Assembly (NCBI RefSeq): GCF_006345805.1
Contig: NC_043006.1
Location: 48,670,001-48,734,000, forward strand
DNA from: Octopus sinensis
Taxonomy: Eukaryota
Direction: 5' to 3'
Length of the DNA: 64,000 bases
Of the stretch, positions 52,756 to 64,000 are shown in pieces (position 1 is the first letter of the stretch; each line of letters starts with the position of its first letter). Under the pieces are notes generated by a model. The model had not been told where the DNA came from, ran no database searches, and was given only the letters and a program-made list of their open reading frames with translations. Both the position numbers and the translations under genes were made by a program.

Positions 52756-53232
52756 TTCGAAATGAATGGTACAAAAAGGAAATATTTTTGCAATATATTT
52801 ATTACTGCACTCACAGGTATGTTTTCATTTTTGTACCATTCATTTTGAATTAGCTTTTTTTTTTTTTTTTCTTTTCTCTCAGCAGAGTACTTTGTTCTCC
52901 AGCAAAACTGCATTGCACTGACTGCTTACCTTTAGCCTATATCAAGTGTCAAGTGCAAACTAGTTTAGTTTCTCTGCGTTTATTGCATAATACACATACT
53001 GTGGTTGTCAGGATTATTGTGCAATTATTAGATAACCTTCAAGTATTTATGGAAACCAGTCAAAACTTAGGTACACTCAGATACTTCTAAGTTACATATA
53101 AAATTCATACATACATGCAGACCAGCCTCCAGGTTTAATAACAGTTTTTAACATGGTGTAGGTGCTAGAATATCTCGCACACATGTAAACAAGAGCATGC
53201 ATACACACACATATATGTAAGTGTATGTATGC

Positions 53233-53269
<37 letters not shown>

Positions 53270-53717
53270 ATGGACATAGTTTCGACTATATAAAAATCCA
53301 GTTATGTTTCATATACACACACACACACACACATGTATATATGTATATATTACTGACGATCATTTGATAATAAAAAAAAAGAGACAATGTATATGACTGG
53401 GTTTCAAGTGAAGCTAACCTTCATTAAACCGTATTATATGCTGTTGCTATTTTTCTATAGTTGAGTGCTTGTTTGTTTGTTTTTTTTTTGTTTTTCTTTC
53501 TGTTGGTAAGACTCACGATCGAACATTCATGTGTATGTATGTGTGCTTATATATATATGTGTGTGTGTGCGTGTGTGCATATATATAGTTAGTGATTTTG
53601 TCCCTGTGTTTCTGCTTTCTTTAAATCTGATTTGAGTGATTTACTAGTACTGTGCCTGTCTCTATGGAGCTCTTTCAGTTGCAGCATGATTTTGGTCTTT
53701 TTTGGCAAAGATGCTTT

Positions 53718-53733
53718 ATTATTATTATTATTA

Positions 53734-53785
<52 letters not shown>

Positions 53786-54783
53786 CATTGAGGCAGCAAG
53801 CTGACAGAATTGTTGGTACATTGGACAAAAATGCTTAGCAGCATTTCATAATTCTACCATGGTCGTCTTTTGTCTTTCAGGGTTGATAAAATAAAGTACC
53901 AGCTGAGCACTGGGCTCAAAGTAATTGACTGTTCCCTTCCCACAAAATTACAGGCTTTGTGCCTATAGTAGAAAGGATTATTATTATTATTGTTAGGCGG
54001 CGAACTGGCAGAATCGTTAGCATGCCAGGCGAAATGCTTAGCGGTATTTCATCTGCTGTTATGTTCTGAGTTCAGATTCCACCGAGGTCGACTTCGCCTT
54101 TCACCTTGGGGCGGGGGGGGGGGGTGAAATAAGTACCAATTACGCACTAGGTTCTGAGTTCAAATTCGGCTGAGGTTGACTTTGCCTTTCATTCTTTCAG
54201 AATCAATAAAATAAGTACCAGTTGTGCATTGGGGTTGATGCAGTTAATTAGCCCCTATCCTAGAATTTCAGGCCTTCTGCTTATAGTAGAAAGAATATTG
54301 TTATCATTATTGTCATCATCATTATTACTATTATTATTATTATTATTAAGAAGGCGGTAATCTGGCAGAATCATTAGCATGCTGGACGAAATGCTTAGCA
54401 GTATTTTGCCCATCACTACGTTCTGAGTTCAAAATCTACTGAGGTTGACTTTGCCTTTTATCCTTTTGAGGTCGATAAATTAAGTACCAGTTGCGTACTG
54501 AGATCAATGTAATCAACTGGACCCCTCTCCCCCAAAATTTCAGGCCTTCTGCCTAGTGTAGAAAAGAATAAGTTAGATACTAATTTAAACACTGGGTTCA
54601 ATGAAATCAACTAGTCCCCTGGCCCCAAATTTCAGACCTTCTACCTATAGGAGAAGGATTATTATTATTATTATATTATTATTATTATTTCTCCACTGAG
54701 GTCAACATTCCCTTTGATCCTTTCAGGTTCGATGAAATAAACACTAGTAGAATACTGAGGTCAGCTTTGTACCAAAATTTGAA

Positions 54784-54816
<33 letters not shown>

Positions 54817-56696
54817 GAGTGGCTGTGTGGTAAGTAGCTTCCTTACCAACCACATGGTTCTGGATTCAGTCCCACTGCGTGGCACCTTGGGCAAGTGTCT
54901 TCTACTATAGCCTCAGGCTGACCAAAGCCTTGTGAGTGGATTTAGTAGACAGAAACTGAAAGAAGTCCACCACTTGACAACTGATGCTGGTGTGTTTACG
55001 TCCCTGTAACTTAGCGGTTCAGCAAGAGAGACTGATAGAATTAGAATTTCTTAGCGGTGTTACGTTCTGAATTCAAATTCTGCTGGGCTCGACTTTACCT
55101 TTCATTCTTTCGGGGTCGATAAATTAAGTACCAGTTGCGTACAGGGGTCGATGTTATCGACTGTCCCCCTCTCCCCCAATTTCAGGCCTTGTGCTTATAG
55201 TAGAAAACATAATTATTATTATTATTTTTAAGGCGGCAAGCTGGCAGAATGATTAGCACACCAGACAAAATGCTTAGAAGTATTTCGTCTGTTGCTGCAC
55301 TCTCAGTTCAAATTCCACTGAAGTTGACTTTGCCTTTCATCCTTTGGTAGGGGTGGGGGTTGATTAACTAAGTACCAGTTTGGCACTGGGGTCAATGAAA
55401 TGGACTTGCCCCCCACCTCAGAATTTGCTGGCCTTGTACTAAGATTTGAAACCATTATCATTATTATTAATATTATTTATTAAGGCGCAGGAATGGCTGT
55501 GTGGTAAGTAGCTTGCTTACCAACCACATGGTTCCAGGTTCAGTCCTACTGTGTGGCACTTTGGACAAGTGTCTTCTACTATAGTCTCGGGCTGACCAAA
55601 GCCTTGTGAGTGAATTTGGTAGACGGAAACTGAAAGAAGCCCGTCTTATACATGCATGCATATATATGTATGCATGTGTCTGTGTTTGTCCCCTACAACA
55701 TCGCTTGATAACCGATGCTGGTGTGTTTACGTCCCCGTAACTTAGCGGTTCGGCAAAAGGGACCGGTAGAATAAGTACTAGGATTACAAAGAATAAGTCC
55801 TGGGGTCGATTTGCTTGACTAAAGGTGGTGCTCCAGCATGGCCGCAGTCAAAATGACTGAAACAAGTAAAAGAGTGAGGTTTTTAATTTAATCAGTTAAA
55901 GACGATTTTATATCTTCTTCCCTAAATCATTTTCAGTCTATACAACTATCTCCTCCTCTAAATATCTGTCTCTCTCTGTACCTATCTATCTACTTGTTTG
56001 CCTTTTTTTTTAATTACTTTTGATACTTCTAAGTTGATTTCAGAATAAAAAAATTGAAAATACTGATGTGGTAGATTCTAAATACTTAGATATATGCATA
56101 GGAGTCACTGTGTGGTATGTAACTTGCTTACCAACCACATGGTTCCGGGTTCAGTCCCACTGTGTGGCACCTTGGGCAAGTGTCTTCTACTATAACCTCG
56201 GGCCAATTAAAGCCTTATGAGTGGATTTGATAGACAGAAACTGAAAGAAGTGGCGAATTGGCAGAAGTGTTAGCATGCCAGGCAAAATGCTTAGTGGCAT
56301 TTCGTCTGTCTTTACGTTCTGAGTTCAAATTCCACCGAGGTCGACTTTGCCTTTCATCCTTTTGGGATTGATTAAATAAGTACCAGTTACGCACTGGGGT
56401 CGATATAATCAACTAAATCCATTTGTCCTTGTTTGTCCCCTCTGTGTGTAAAGAAATAAGAAACTGAAAGAAGCCTATCATATATATATGTATGTGTGTG
56501 TGTGTGTTTGTCCCCTCAACATCGCTTGACAACAAATGCTGGTGTGTTTACGTCCCCGTAATCTAGCAGTTCGGCAAAAATGACTGATAGAATAAGTACT
56601 AGACTTACAAAGAATAAGTCCTGGGTTCGATTTGCTCGACTAAAAGTGGTGCTCCAGCATGGCCACAGTCACATGACTGAAACACGTAAAAGAGTA
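53718..56696 (+). mobile_element. Cluster of about 10 same-orientation SINE B and SINE A copies or fragments separated by (TTA)n
   Basis: B heads at about 53790, 53995, 54352 and 55231; A copies at about 54817, 55484 and 56100; a B copy at 56251-56459 sits inside an A copy with a 14-bp TSD gaaactgaaagaag (56237-56250 and 56460-56473). Confidence 0.8.
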
Positions 56697-57049
56697 TAGA
56701 CTTACATAGAATATCACACAATACGCACACAGACATTCACATACACGCATAGTAAATTCTTTTGGCAGTGCCAATATATTTTCTTCTGACGAACATAGAC
56801 ATTTTTTAATTTTAACTGACAGGAATAACGAGGCAAAATTCTCTATAACCCTTAGCTATTTTGTCTATTGTGTATTTATTTGTTCAGTTGCTTTAAATTT
56901 CTACATTTAAAACGACTTTGAATTTACTTGTCAAACCATCTTTTCCTCACTCACATGTACACACACTGATGGAACGTCTACATGGTTGTTCAACCTCCTA
57001 AGGTATTATGGCCAGCTTCCCATCACACTACACCCAGTGTATCTCTAGC

Positions 57050-57098
<49 letters not shown>

Positions 57099-60000
57099 AT
57101 GTGGATATATGTGTGTATATATGTATATATATATAGATATATGTGTGTATGTATGTATATACGTATGTATATGTATGTATGTATACGTATGTATTTATAT
57201 GTACGTTTCTATATATATATATATGTGTGTATGAAGATATGTATATATATACATTTTTTATGAGCTATTGATGGTTTCATGCAATGGAAACATCATAGAT
57301 ATTAAAAAAATGCTGTTTGTTTTCATCTTTCCCTGATCTTACCCTCATGGGTATATATATATATTATATATATATATATATATATCGCTGAGCTAACTTG
57401 GGATTCCTTAATGGCAATATAGCCTTCATATAATTAAGATATCCTCGACCTCATGTGTAGGTGACTGAATATCCCTCGTTGAGTAATTATTACATCAGAG
57501 GATCTGCTAGCCAGGAAACATAAGTAGCCTGAACTTAACCTGCTTTTCTCCCTCAGTTTGGATATATATATATATACACATATATAAAAGGAGGAATCAT
57601 TGGACTACATAGTCTCAGATACATTCTTTGACTGAAAAAAAGCAAATCCTACTGGAATGCTTTGATCATGTATTCATCTGCTTAATCACGGCTGACTTAC
57701 CTGGGACAAAGCAACAACACCAACACTATACATAGATGCACATACACATAAATGCCAAGTCCTTGCTGCCAAAGATTCAATAGAAGAGAGTTGTATATAT
57801 TTGTTTGTGATGGATAGGGCAGAAAATTCGGGATACATTGTAGCATCTTTGACAACAGCTCTCACTGGCTATACAGGCATGCTGCATGGATTTACAGATG
57901 CTTTCCGTTGGAGATAGTTTGCACTCTTTCTTTGAATATGTGCAATAACGGAGGTTATTCAGTAGCAACGTGCATTTTTTTTTGTTTGATTTTCTTTCGT
58001 TTTTTTTTTTTAATTTTCATTTATCCCCATTGCTATTTATATTTGCAGTCTTATTAGTATTAGCATTATTAGTAGTATTATCAATGCTATTATTGTTTAT
58101 CTTTACTATAGAAATTCTTATTGTTAAAATTATCAATGTTATCTGTTATTTATATTGATTTATTGAATTTTTTTTTTATTCTTCAGTTGAAGCCTTAAAT
58201 TATTTTTTTTTTTTTTTGTTATTGTTAATGCTATGCATTCTTCCTAAAGATTTTCTTTCTATAAAATTATTCTCATTGATAAAGACTGCTTCCTTTCGTT
58301 TTCACTTTTATGGCATTACGAAATTTTGGGGTTTTTTTTTTTTAGTTTTTTAGTTTTTCCTTTCTAAATACTATTTAAAGCTTCCAGTCCCCACATAAAA
58401 AAACATTAATAATAATAACAATGATGATTCTTGCAACAAATTGGTTGCACTACATATCTAAAAAATTTATATATATACATACATACATACATACATACAC
58501 ACACATACACATAGTATTCTTAGGCAAATGATATATTTATTCCAAACAACACATCTAGATTATTGGAAAATATGGAGAAACAAACAAACAAGTAAAAAAA
58601 TATCAGTCAAAATTCATAAAATAGCTGATCGCGAAAAATTGTTTTAAAACAATCATGGCGGCCATTGTGAAATTTGTTTGGAGACAAGAGGGTTAGTTAG
58701 ATTAAGCAGACTAAACTAAAATTTTTCTTTATTTTTTTTTAATGATATATAAGGAAATCTCGTAAAAGAAAAGAAGTTTTCCTCTTGTGGAATTGTTATT
58801 TCTTAAATACTGACTTTTTATTGGCTTTCAGGTACTTAATGTACCTTTTGTTTTATGGGTTGTTTTTTTTTTAAATTCCTGTTTCTCTGTGGTTAAATAC
58901 TCCTTCTCCATATAAGACTTAATCAATTGCCTGATTTCACCTTATTCATGGAAAAATAATGCAAAGAATTCATTGAGATACATATATTCTAAATATTTAG
59001 CATAGATAGTTGACATGGCACAAAAGTAAGCACTCAGTTTTGGCACTTAGTTGATGTTTTATTCATCTTTGTGGTTTACATAATAGCATCAATTAATTGT
59101 CTAACTACTTAGAATTAATTTTTCATCTTAATCCAGTGGATGGCCGAAAATTCCCTATAAGGTTCATCTGAGATTGGCAGATTGATGCCATTATATTTAC
59201 AGCTAAAACCCTAAAATACTTAATGCTCAATACCTGAGACCACTGAGATACGACTCTAGATTGATGTGTTGCTTTCTAAATCCCCTTCTTATGAGGGGAA
59301 ACTTACTCACAAATGACCCATTGCAAGTATTTGTTGTTGGTTTTGGGGTTTTTTGTTTGTTTTTGTTTTTTTTTCTCACTGGAGAAATTGAACTTAGCAT
59401 TCACATTCTGACACATCAGTCTTCAGCTGTAACAAGAAGAGCTCAGCCATTGAGAGTTGTGATAGGTTTGAAGTACACAGTCTGAGGATCTTTTCAACAG
59501 CTTTTACTCTGAGCAGCAGGACTATTTTCCACACCATTTTTAAGTTACTTAGGAACTAGGATTCTTTTACGGACCAAAGGATGTTTTGGTCATCGCTAAG
59601 ATAAAGTGTCTTCTGCCATGTTATGTAAGATATTAGTCTTTTCAACCACTTTGAAATCTTCATTACCATCAGCATCGCACTCATTATCATCATCATTATT
59701 ATAATCATCAAACCTCATCATCATCACCATTATCATCATCATCATCATCAGAATGGCAATCATTATAATCATAACCAATAACAATTACAAAAATAAATGG
59801 ACTAGGAAGAGAGTGAGGAAATAGATTTTGGAGACTTCTGGAAAATACTAGCAGCAACTTCCAAATCTTTGCTTGGTAGTTTAGTCATGTTCAGTTTGAA
59901 GTCCTGAGAACCAATGTCCACCATAGATAGTCTTAAACTGCAAACTTAGCCACATTCTTCATTTTTTCCTTTTTCTTTTTTGTTTGTTCTTGTGGTTGTG

Positions 60001-60214
60001 ATTTTGGTATAATTCTTGGTATTGTTGCAGCTAAATGCTCTCCCAACCATTGCCATTCCCCTTAATCCTGCTCATTTGCATATAACCAATAAATGTAATC
60101 CAGGAATCGTGTAAATCCAGTTAACTCTCACATCACAAAGAAGATATGGATTTAAAGAAGTAAAAACAAAAATGAACTATAAATTGCCAACTATAACATA
60201 TATATACATATATT

Positions 60215-60250
<36 letters not shown>

Positions 60251-60639
60251 TATATTATATATATATATAAATATATACTATTTGTAAACTAATCATTGTT
60301 TTATTTTGAAATAATGTCCAATAATCCATATTTTTGTCTTTTTTATATTTTGCTCATTACTAGTGTTTGTTTTAATGTTTGTGTGTTGATGTTGTTGTCA
60401 TTATTGTTTTCTTATTGCAATAACCCCCAGAAGCTTGGTAGTTGTTTTTTTTTTCTTTTTTATGTGGTATGATATATTCACCTCGTCCGAGTTGTTTTTT
60501 TTTTTAATGTGTCTTTTGTTTTTTGGGTTTTTGTTTTTTGTCTGTTTCTATGTTTGCCTGTTTATTGCATGATATAGGTGATACATCCATTAATACGTGT
60601 TCCTTCTTCACAAGTGTATGTTTTCCTTCCGTGACCCAG

Positions 60640-60868
60640 CAGACGATTCCCATCCCTTGACCCCAACACTGACCCACTCACCAACCATCCCTCTAGGCCT
60701 GCAGAACCTGAACTCCGATAGCTTGCCGTCAGAGCCAGTCGACCTACACGAAGTGATCCGAGCCCCAAGCTTTGTCACGCTGTCATGGAAACCACCCACC
60801 CACACTGGACCGAAGGATACCAAAATCATCAGCTACTCTGTCTTCTGGAAAGAGAAAGAACGTGAAAG
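60640..60868 (+). CDS. DCC: DCC/neogenin exon: Pro/Thr/Ser linker plus N-terminal part of FN3-1 (DDSHPLTPTLTHSPTIPLGLQNLNSDSLPSEPVDLHEVIRAPSFVTLSWKPPTHTGPKDTKIISYSVFWKEKERER)
   Basis: Tandem CAGCAG acceptor (exon start 60640 or 60643, both phase 1); donor AAG|GTTTGT (phase 2); FN3 motifs LSW.PP and Y.V.W. Confidence 0.9.
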
Positions 60869-60935
60869 GTTTGTATAAAATTCCACTTTTATTAATACAT
60901 GTGTGTGAGTGTACATGTGCGTGTATGTGTGTTTG

Positions 60936-60966
<31 letters not shown>

Positions 60967-62367
60967 TGCTATATATATTTGTTTGTGTGTGTGTGTGTGT
61001 ATATATGTATATATATTGTAGTTGATATGGTGTGGCATCCTAAATCACGTGTGTGTATTAATGCTTTCTGTGACACTCTTGGCTGTTGTAGAATGGACAA
61101 GCTGCACCAGAAGTGTAGGCTAATGATGCAAGAAACATACACACACACACTGTTTAGACATTTCTGTCAGTGAAGGAACAATGTTGTTAAAAATAACAAA
61201 ATAATAAACATGAAAACACTGAAAAGCACCCTCTCTGGTTGTTTGGTCAACAAGTAGAACAAATATAGATATTAATTCTTTTTTATCTTTCTTTTTTTTT
61301 TCTGAACTGTGGATCTGGAAGTACATAAAGCTATAAAATAATAGCATGGAAATATCGGGTCGAAAAACACTTTGGTCTATTGGCAGAACATCTGTCATGT
61401 CTATAGCGGATGTAGGTTTGTGTCCTATAGACAGCCTCCAACTGTTATTCTAACCAAAAAGTATTTTTCAACCCGATACATAAATGCCATTATTTATAGC
61501 TTTATGTGCTTCGAGATCCACTATTCCACAAAAAAGAATTGTTATGCGTTCCCTCAATAGTTCATAAATTTTTATGTCCTCAATAGATACTAATGTTATA
61601 TATATTTAAGCTCTTAAAGCCCTGCTCTTGATAATGTCAAATCACATAGACACATTTTATTCTGCTAGTCCGTCATTATCTGCAGAAATTATTTTTCTTG
61701 TTGTTTCCCACCCATTCTTGTCTTTATGATAATAACTGTTACAACCAGAGTGTAACGCTCATCACGTCACAGTTTTATCTACTACTCAATCTATCAACCA
61801 ACCAACCAACCAACCAACCATCCAACCAAACCAACCAATTCCACTTGTTCCCTCTTCAAATATCTGACCATTGATTTATTAATGATACACAGAAATGTCT
61901 AAAAAAAGATGTGGCTTGGAATAGTGAACTACAATCAGGCATCTGGCAACCTTAAAATAAGCTTTAACACCCTTGAATGATGGCGCTTTCTCAAAGTTCT
62001 TTTCCTCTCAGAATTTTTTTTTTTAAAACCCACAAAACAAAATGAAAGGAAAAGAATTTTTTTTTTTTAAATTGTAAAAAAAAAAAAATCATTGCTTTTT
62101 TTTTTTTTTTTTGCTTTTCATTTTTTTTATATTTGTTTGGTTTTTGTGATGAGTTTTCTCTTTTTTCACAATCAGTCATAAAAAGCGAAGGCGGAAAGGA
62201 GAAATAAGGTATGCAGAGTTTGTTATATGACTTAGTGTTTCCATCCAAAATATATTAGTTATATGCATTTACGACCTCATCATCATCATCATTATCAGCA
62301 GCAGCAGTAACAATGAGCTAACAAGGGAGTCCTTTTTTTTCTTTTTTTTTACATGTCTACTAGAAAT

Positions 62368-62664
62368 GTTTGTTCCTTCTCGAGCCACGCCTGGCTCATA
62401 GGGCTGGTTTCCTGGTTTCCTTGGCGTATAGGTTCCCCACCTGGACAAGACGCCAGTCCATCGCTGGTGAGCTGCGACATGCAGGAGGAAAGAGTGAGAG
62501 AAAGTTGTGGCGAAAGAGTCAGCATAAGTTCGCCATTACCTTCTTCTGGAGCCGCGTGGAACTTGCGTGTTTCACTCATAGACACACACATCACCCTGTC
62601 TGAGATTCGAACCCGCAATCCCTCAACCATGAATCCGCTGCTCCATTAGGCCATGTGCCTCCAC
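62368..62664 (-). mobile_element. tRNA-headed SINE (F-related) with a 13-bp target-site duplication
   Basis: gtctactagaaat at 62355-62367 and 62665-62677; B-box ggttcgaatc on the minus strand. Confidence 0.85.
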
Positions 62665-63936
62665 GTCTACTAGAAATTTTGACTAGTAGTCAAATTTTCC
62701 TCAGATCCCACTCTACTACTTTGGCAAAAATTATAACGGTTCATTGGTTAGCATAGTTCTAAACATACTCTTAAAAAGGTGGGATGATCACAACTGGAAT
62801 GTCTTTAAAGAATAGGTCTGCTCAGTCAGGTCTAACAAGGAAGCTTCTGCAGAGTCACCCAAACTGTTAAAAATAGCAATCAAATTTCTCTCTCTCTCTC
62901 TCTCTCTTCCTTTCATTTAAGAAAAGGAAAAACAAATTGAATAGTAACACAGTATGTAAATAAGCTTGGGTACCTTTAGCACATTTTTGCCTGTTGCAAA
63001 CATTGAAACTTCAAACTTAGTCTCCTGTTTGAGAAGAATTTCTTCTCCTCTTCCACTAACTCCTGAGGCCCCTGCGAAAGATAAAGGATCATGGGAACTC
63101 CCTGACTAAGCAGTAGATGAAAAATACAATAAACTATCTTTTATCTTTCAATGGACTGTGGCCATTCTGGGGGCACCACCTTGAAGGGTTTTAGTTTAAC
63201 AAACTGACCCCAGTATTTATTTTTATCAGTCTGGGACTTATTCTATCAGTCTCTTTTGTGAACCAGTAAGTTACAGGGACATAAAACAAACTAGCAGATT
63301 GTCAAGCAGTGGTGGGGAACAAATACACACACACACACACACTCACACAGATATATGTGGTAGGCTTCTACACAGTTTCTGTCTAATGAATTCACTCACA
63401 AAGCATTGGCCAGCTCAGAGCTATTGTACAAGACACTTGCCCAAGGTGTCATGCAGAGGGACTGAACCTGAAACCCTGATTTTACAAAATGAGTTTCTTA
63501 ACCACACATTATATCCTAAATTACGATAAAATCAAACACACAAAGTACAGTATGTGTGTGTGTGTACCTACTGCAACAATGATCTCAAAACAAAAAAAAC
63601 AAACAATATACAAAACCCTTAAGGACATAGCTATAGCTATATATGTATATATATTGTATAAAATATCGTGGGTGAGGCCAAAACAATGCGAAGTAAATGC
63701 AAGGTAAATCATATATATTATGGATTCTCATGTCATGAACAAAAAATGAGGGCTCAGTAAAATAAAGTGGTAATCATGTTCTATGGACACGAATGTTTCT
63801 TTTGAGACCTGCTGGTGCCTTGGTAACCTTTTGGCGAATGGAAACAAGTGGAGGAGTAAGTTTACTCGAGTGCTTGTGGAACATTTAGTTTGTGTTTTGT
63901 TGAGTAGACAGCAAAGCCATTATATATCTGTCTATA

Positions 63937-64000
63937 CATACATACATACATACATACATACATACATACATACATACATACATACATACATACATACATA
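63937..64000. repeat. (TACA)n tetranucleotide microsatellite running off the window end
   Basis: Directly visible. Confidence 0.95.

Larger units (their letters stand above)
25669..60868 (+). other. DCC: Partial gene model: DCC/neogenin (frazzled/UNC-40) family netrin receptor, 7 coding exons encoding Ig1-Ig4 and the start of FN3-1; 5' and 3' ends outside the window
   Basis: Exons 25669-25825, 29504-29649, 31581-31865, 33517-33679, 37357-37496, 38219-38494 and 60640/60643-60868 all have polypyrimidine-AG acceptors and GT donors. Phases chain 1-2-1-1-2-1-1-2 without a stop. Ig4 motif DYFKIVDHKNLRILG..DEGMYQC..G.IQASAQLVV and FN1 motif LPSEPVD..FVTLSWKPP match DCC/neogenin as I recall them. 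Confidence 0.93.

Noticed and set aside
57810-57917. 35-aa ORF MDRAENSG...FRWR in unique sequence
   Set aside because: Too short, no recognisable motif, and no convincing donor before its stop.
60576-60579. AG|GT after the long U-tract upstream of the FN1 exon as the true acceptor
   Set aside because: Out of frame with FN1 (stop at 60658-60660). Kept only as a possible minor or NMD site; the CAGCAG acceptor restores the conserved frame.

Overview
AT-rich animal genomic DNA, almost certainly from a coleoid cephalopod and most likely Octopus (inferred from the repeat landscape: dense (TA)n/(TG)n microsatellites, several tRNA-headed SINE families, TTAA- and hAT-type MITEs, Helitron-like elements and RTE/CR1-like LINE relics). 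One protein-coding gene is supported, on the + strand: a DCC/neogenin (frazzled/UNC-40) netrin-receptor homologue. Seven exons (25669-60868) splice in frame through canonical AG/GT sites and encode Ig1-Ig4 plus the start of FN3-1; the signal-peptide exon and the rest of the gene lie outside the window. Nearly all other ORFs in the track are microsatellite or SINE artefacts. The most interesting signal is the ~22-kb intron between Ig4 and FN1, which looks like an isoform switchboard. It holds a candidate internal first exon encoding its own signal peptide with a phase-matched donor (49235-49328, predicting an Ig-less receptor), a second hairpin-buried donor (52817), a 3-nt microexon candidate (40423-40425), a branchpoint-AG|GT site that is either a recursive splice point or a stop-containing terminal exon (58832), and NAGNAG plus in-frame alternative acceptors in the Ig4-FN1 linker (60639/60642/60696). 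A second theme is two independent fold-back inverted duplications of one SINE family that turn at the same motif and form long dsRNA stems just upstream of Ig exons. All isoform and mechanism claims are sequence-based inferences that need RNA data.
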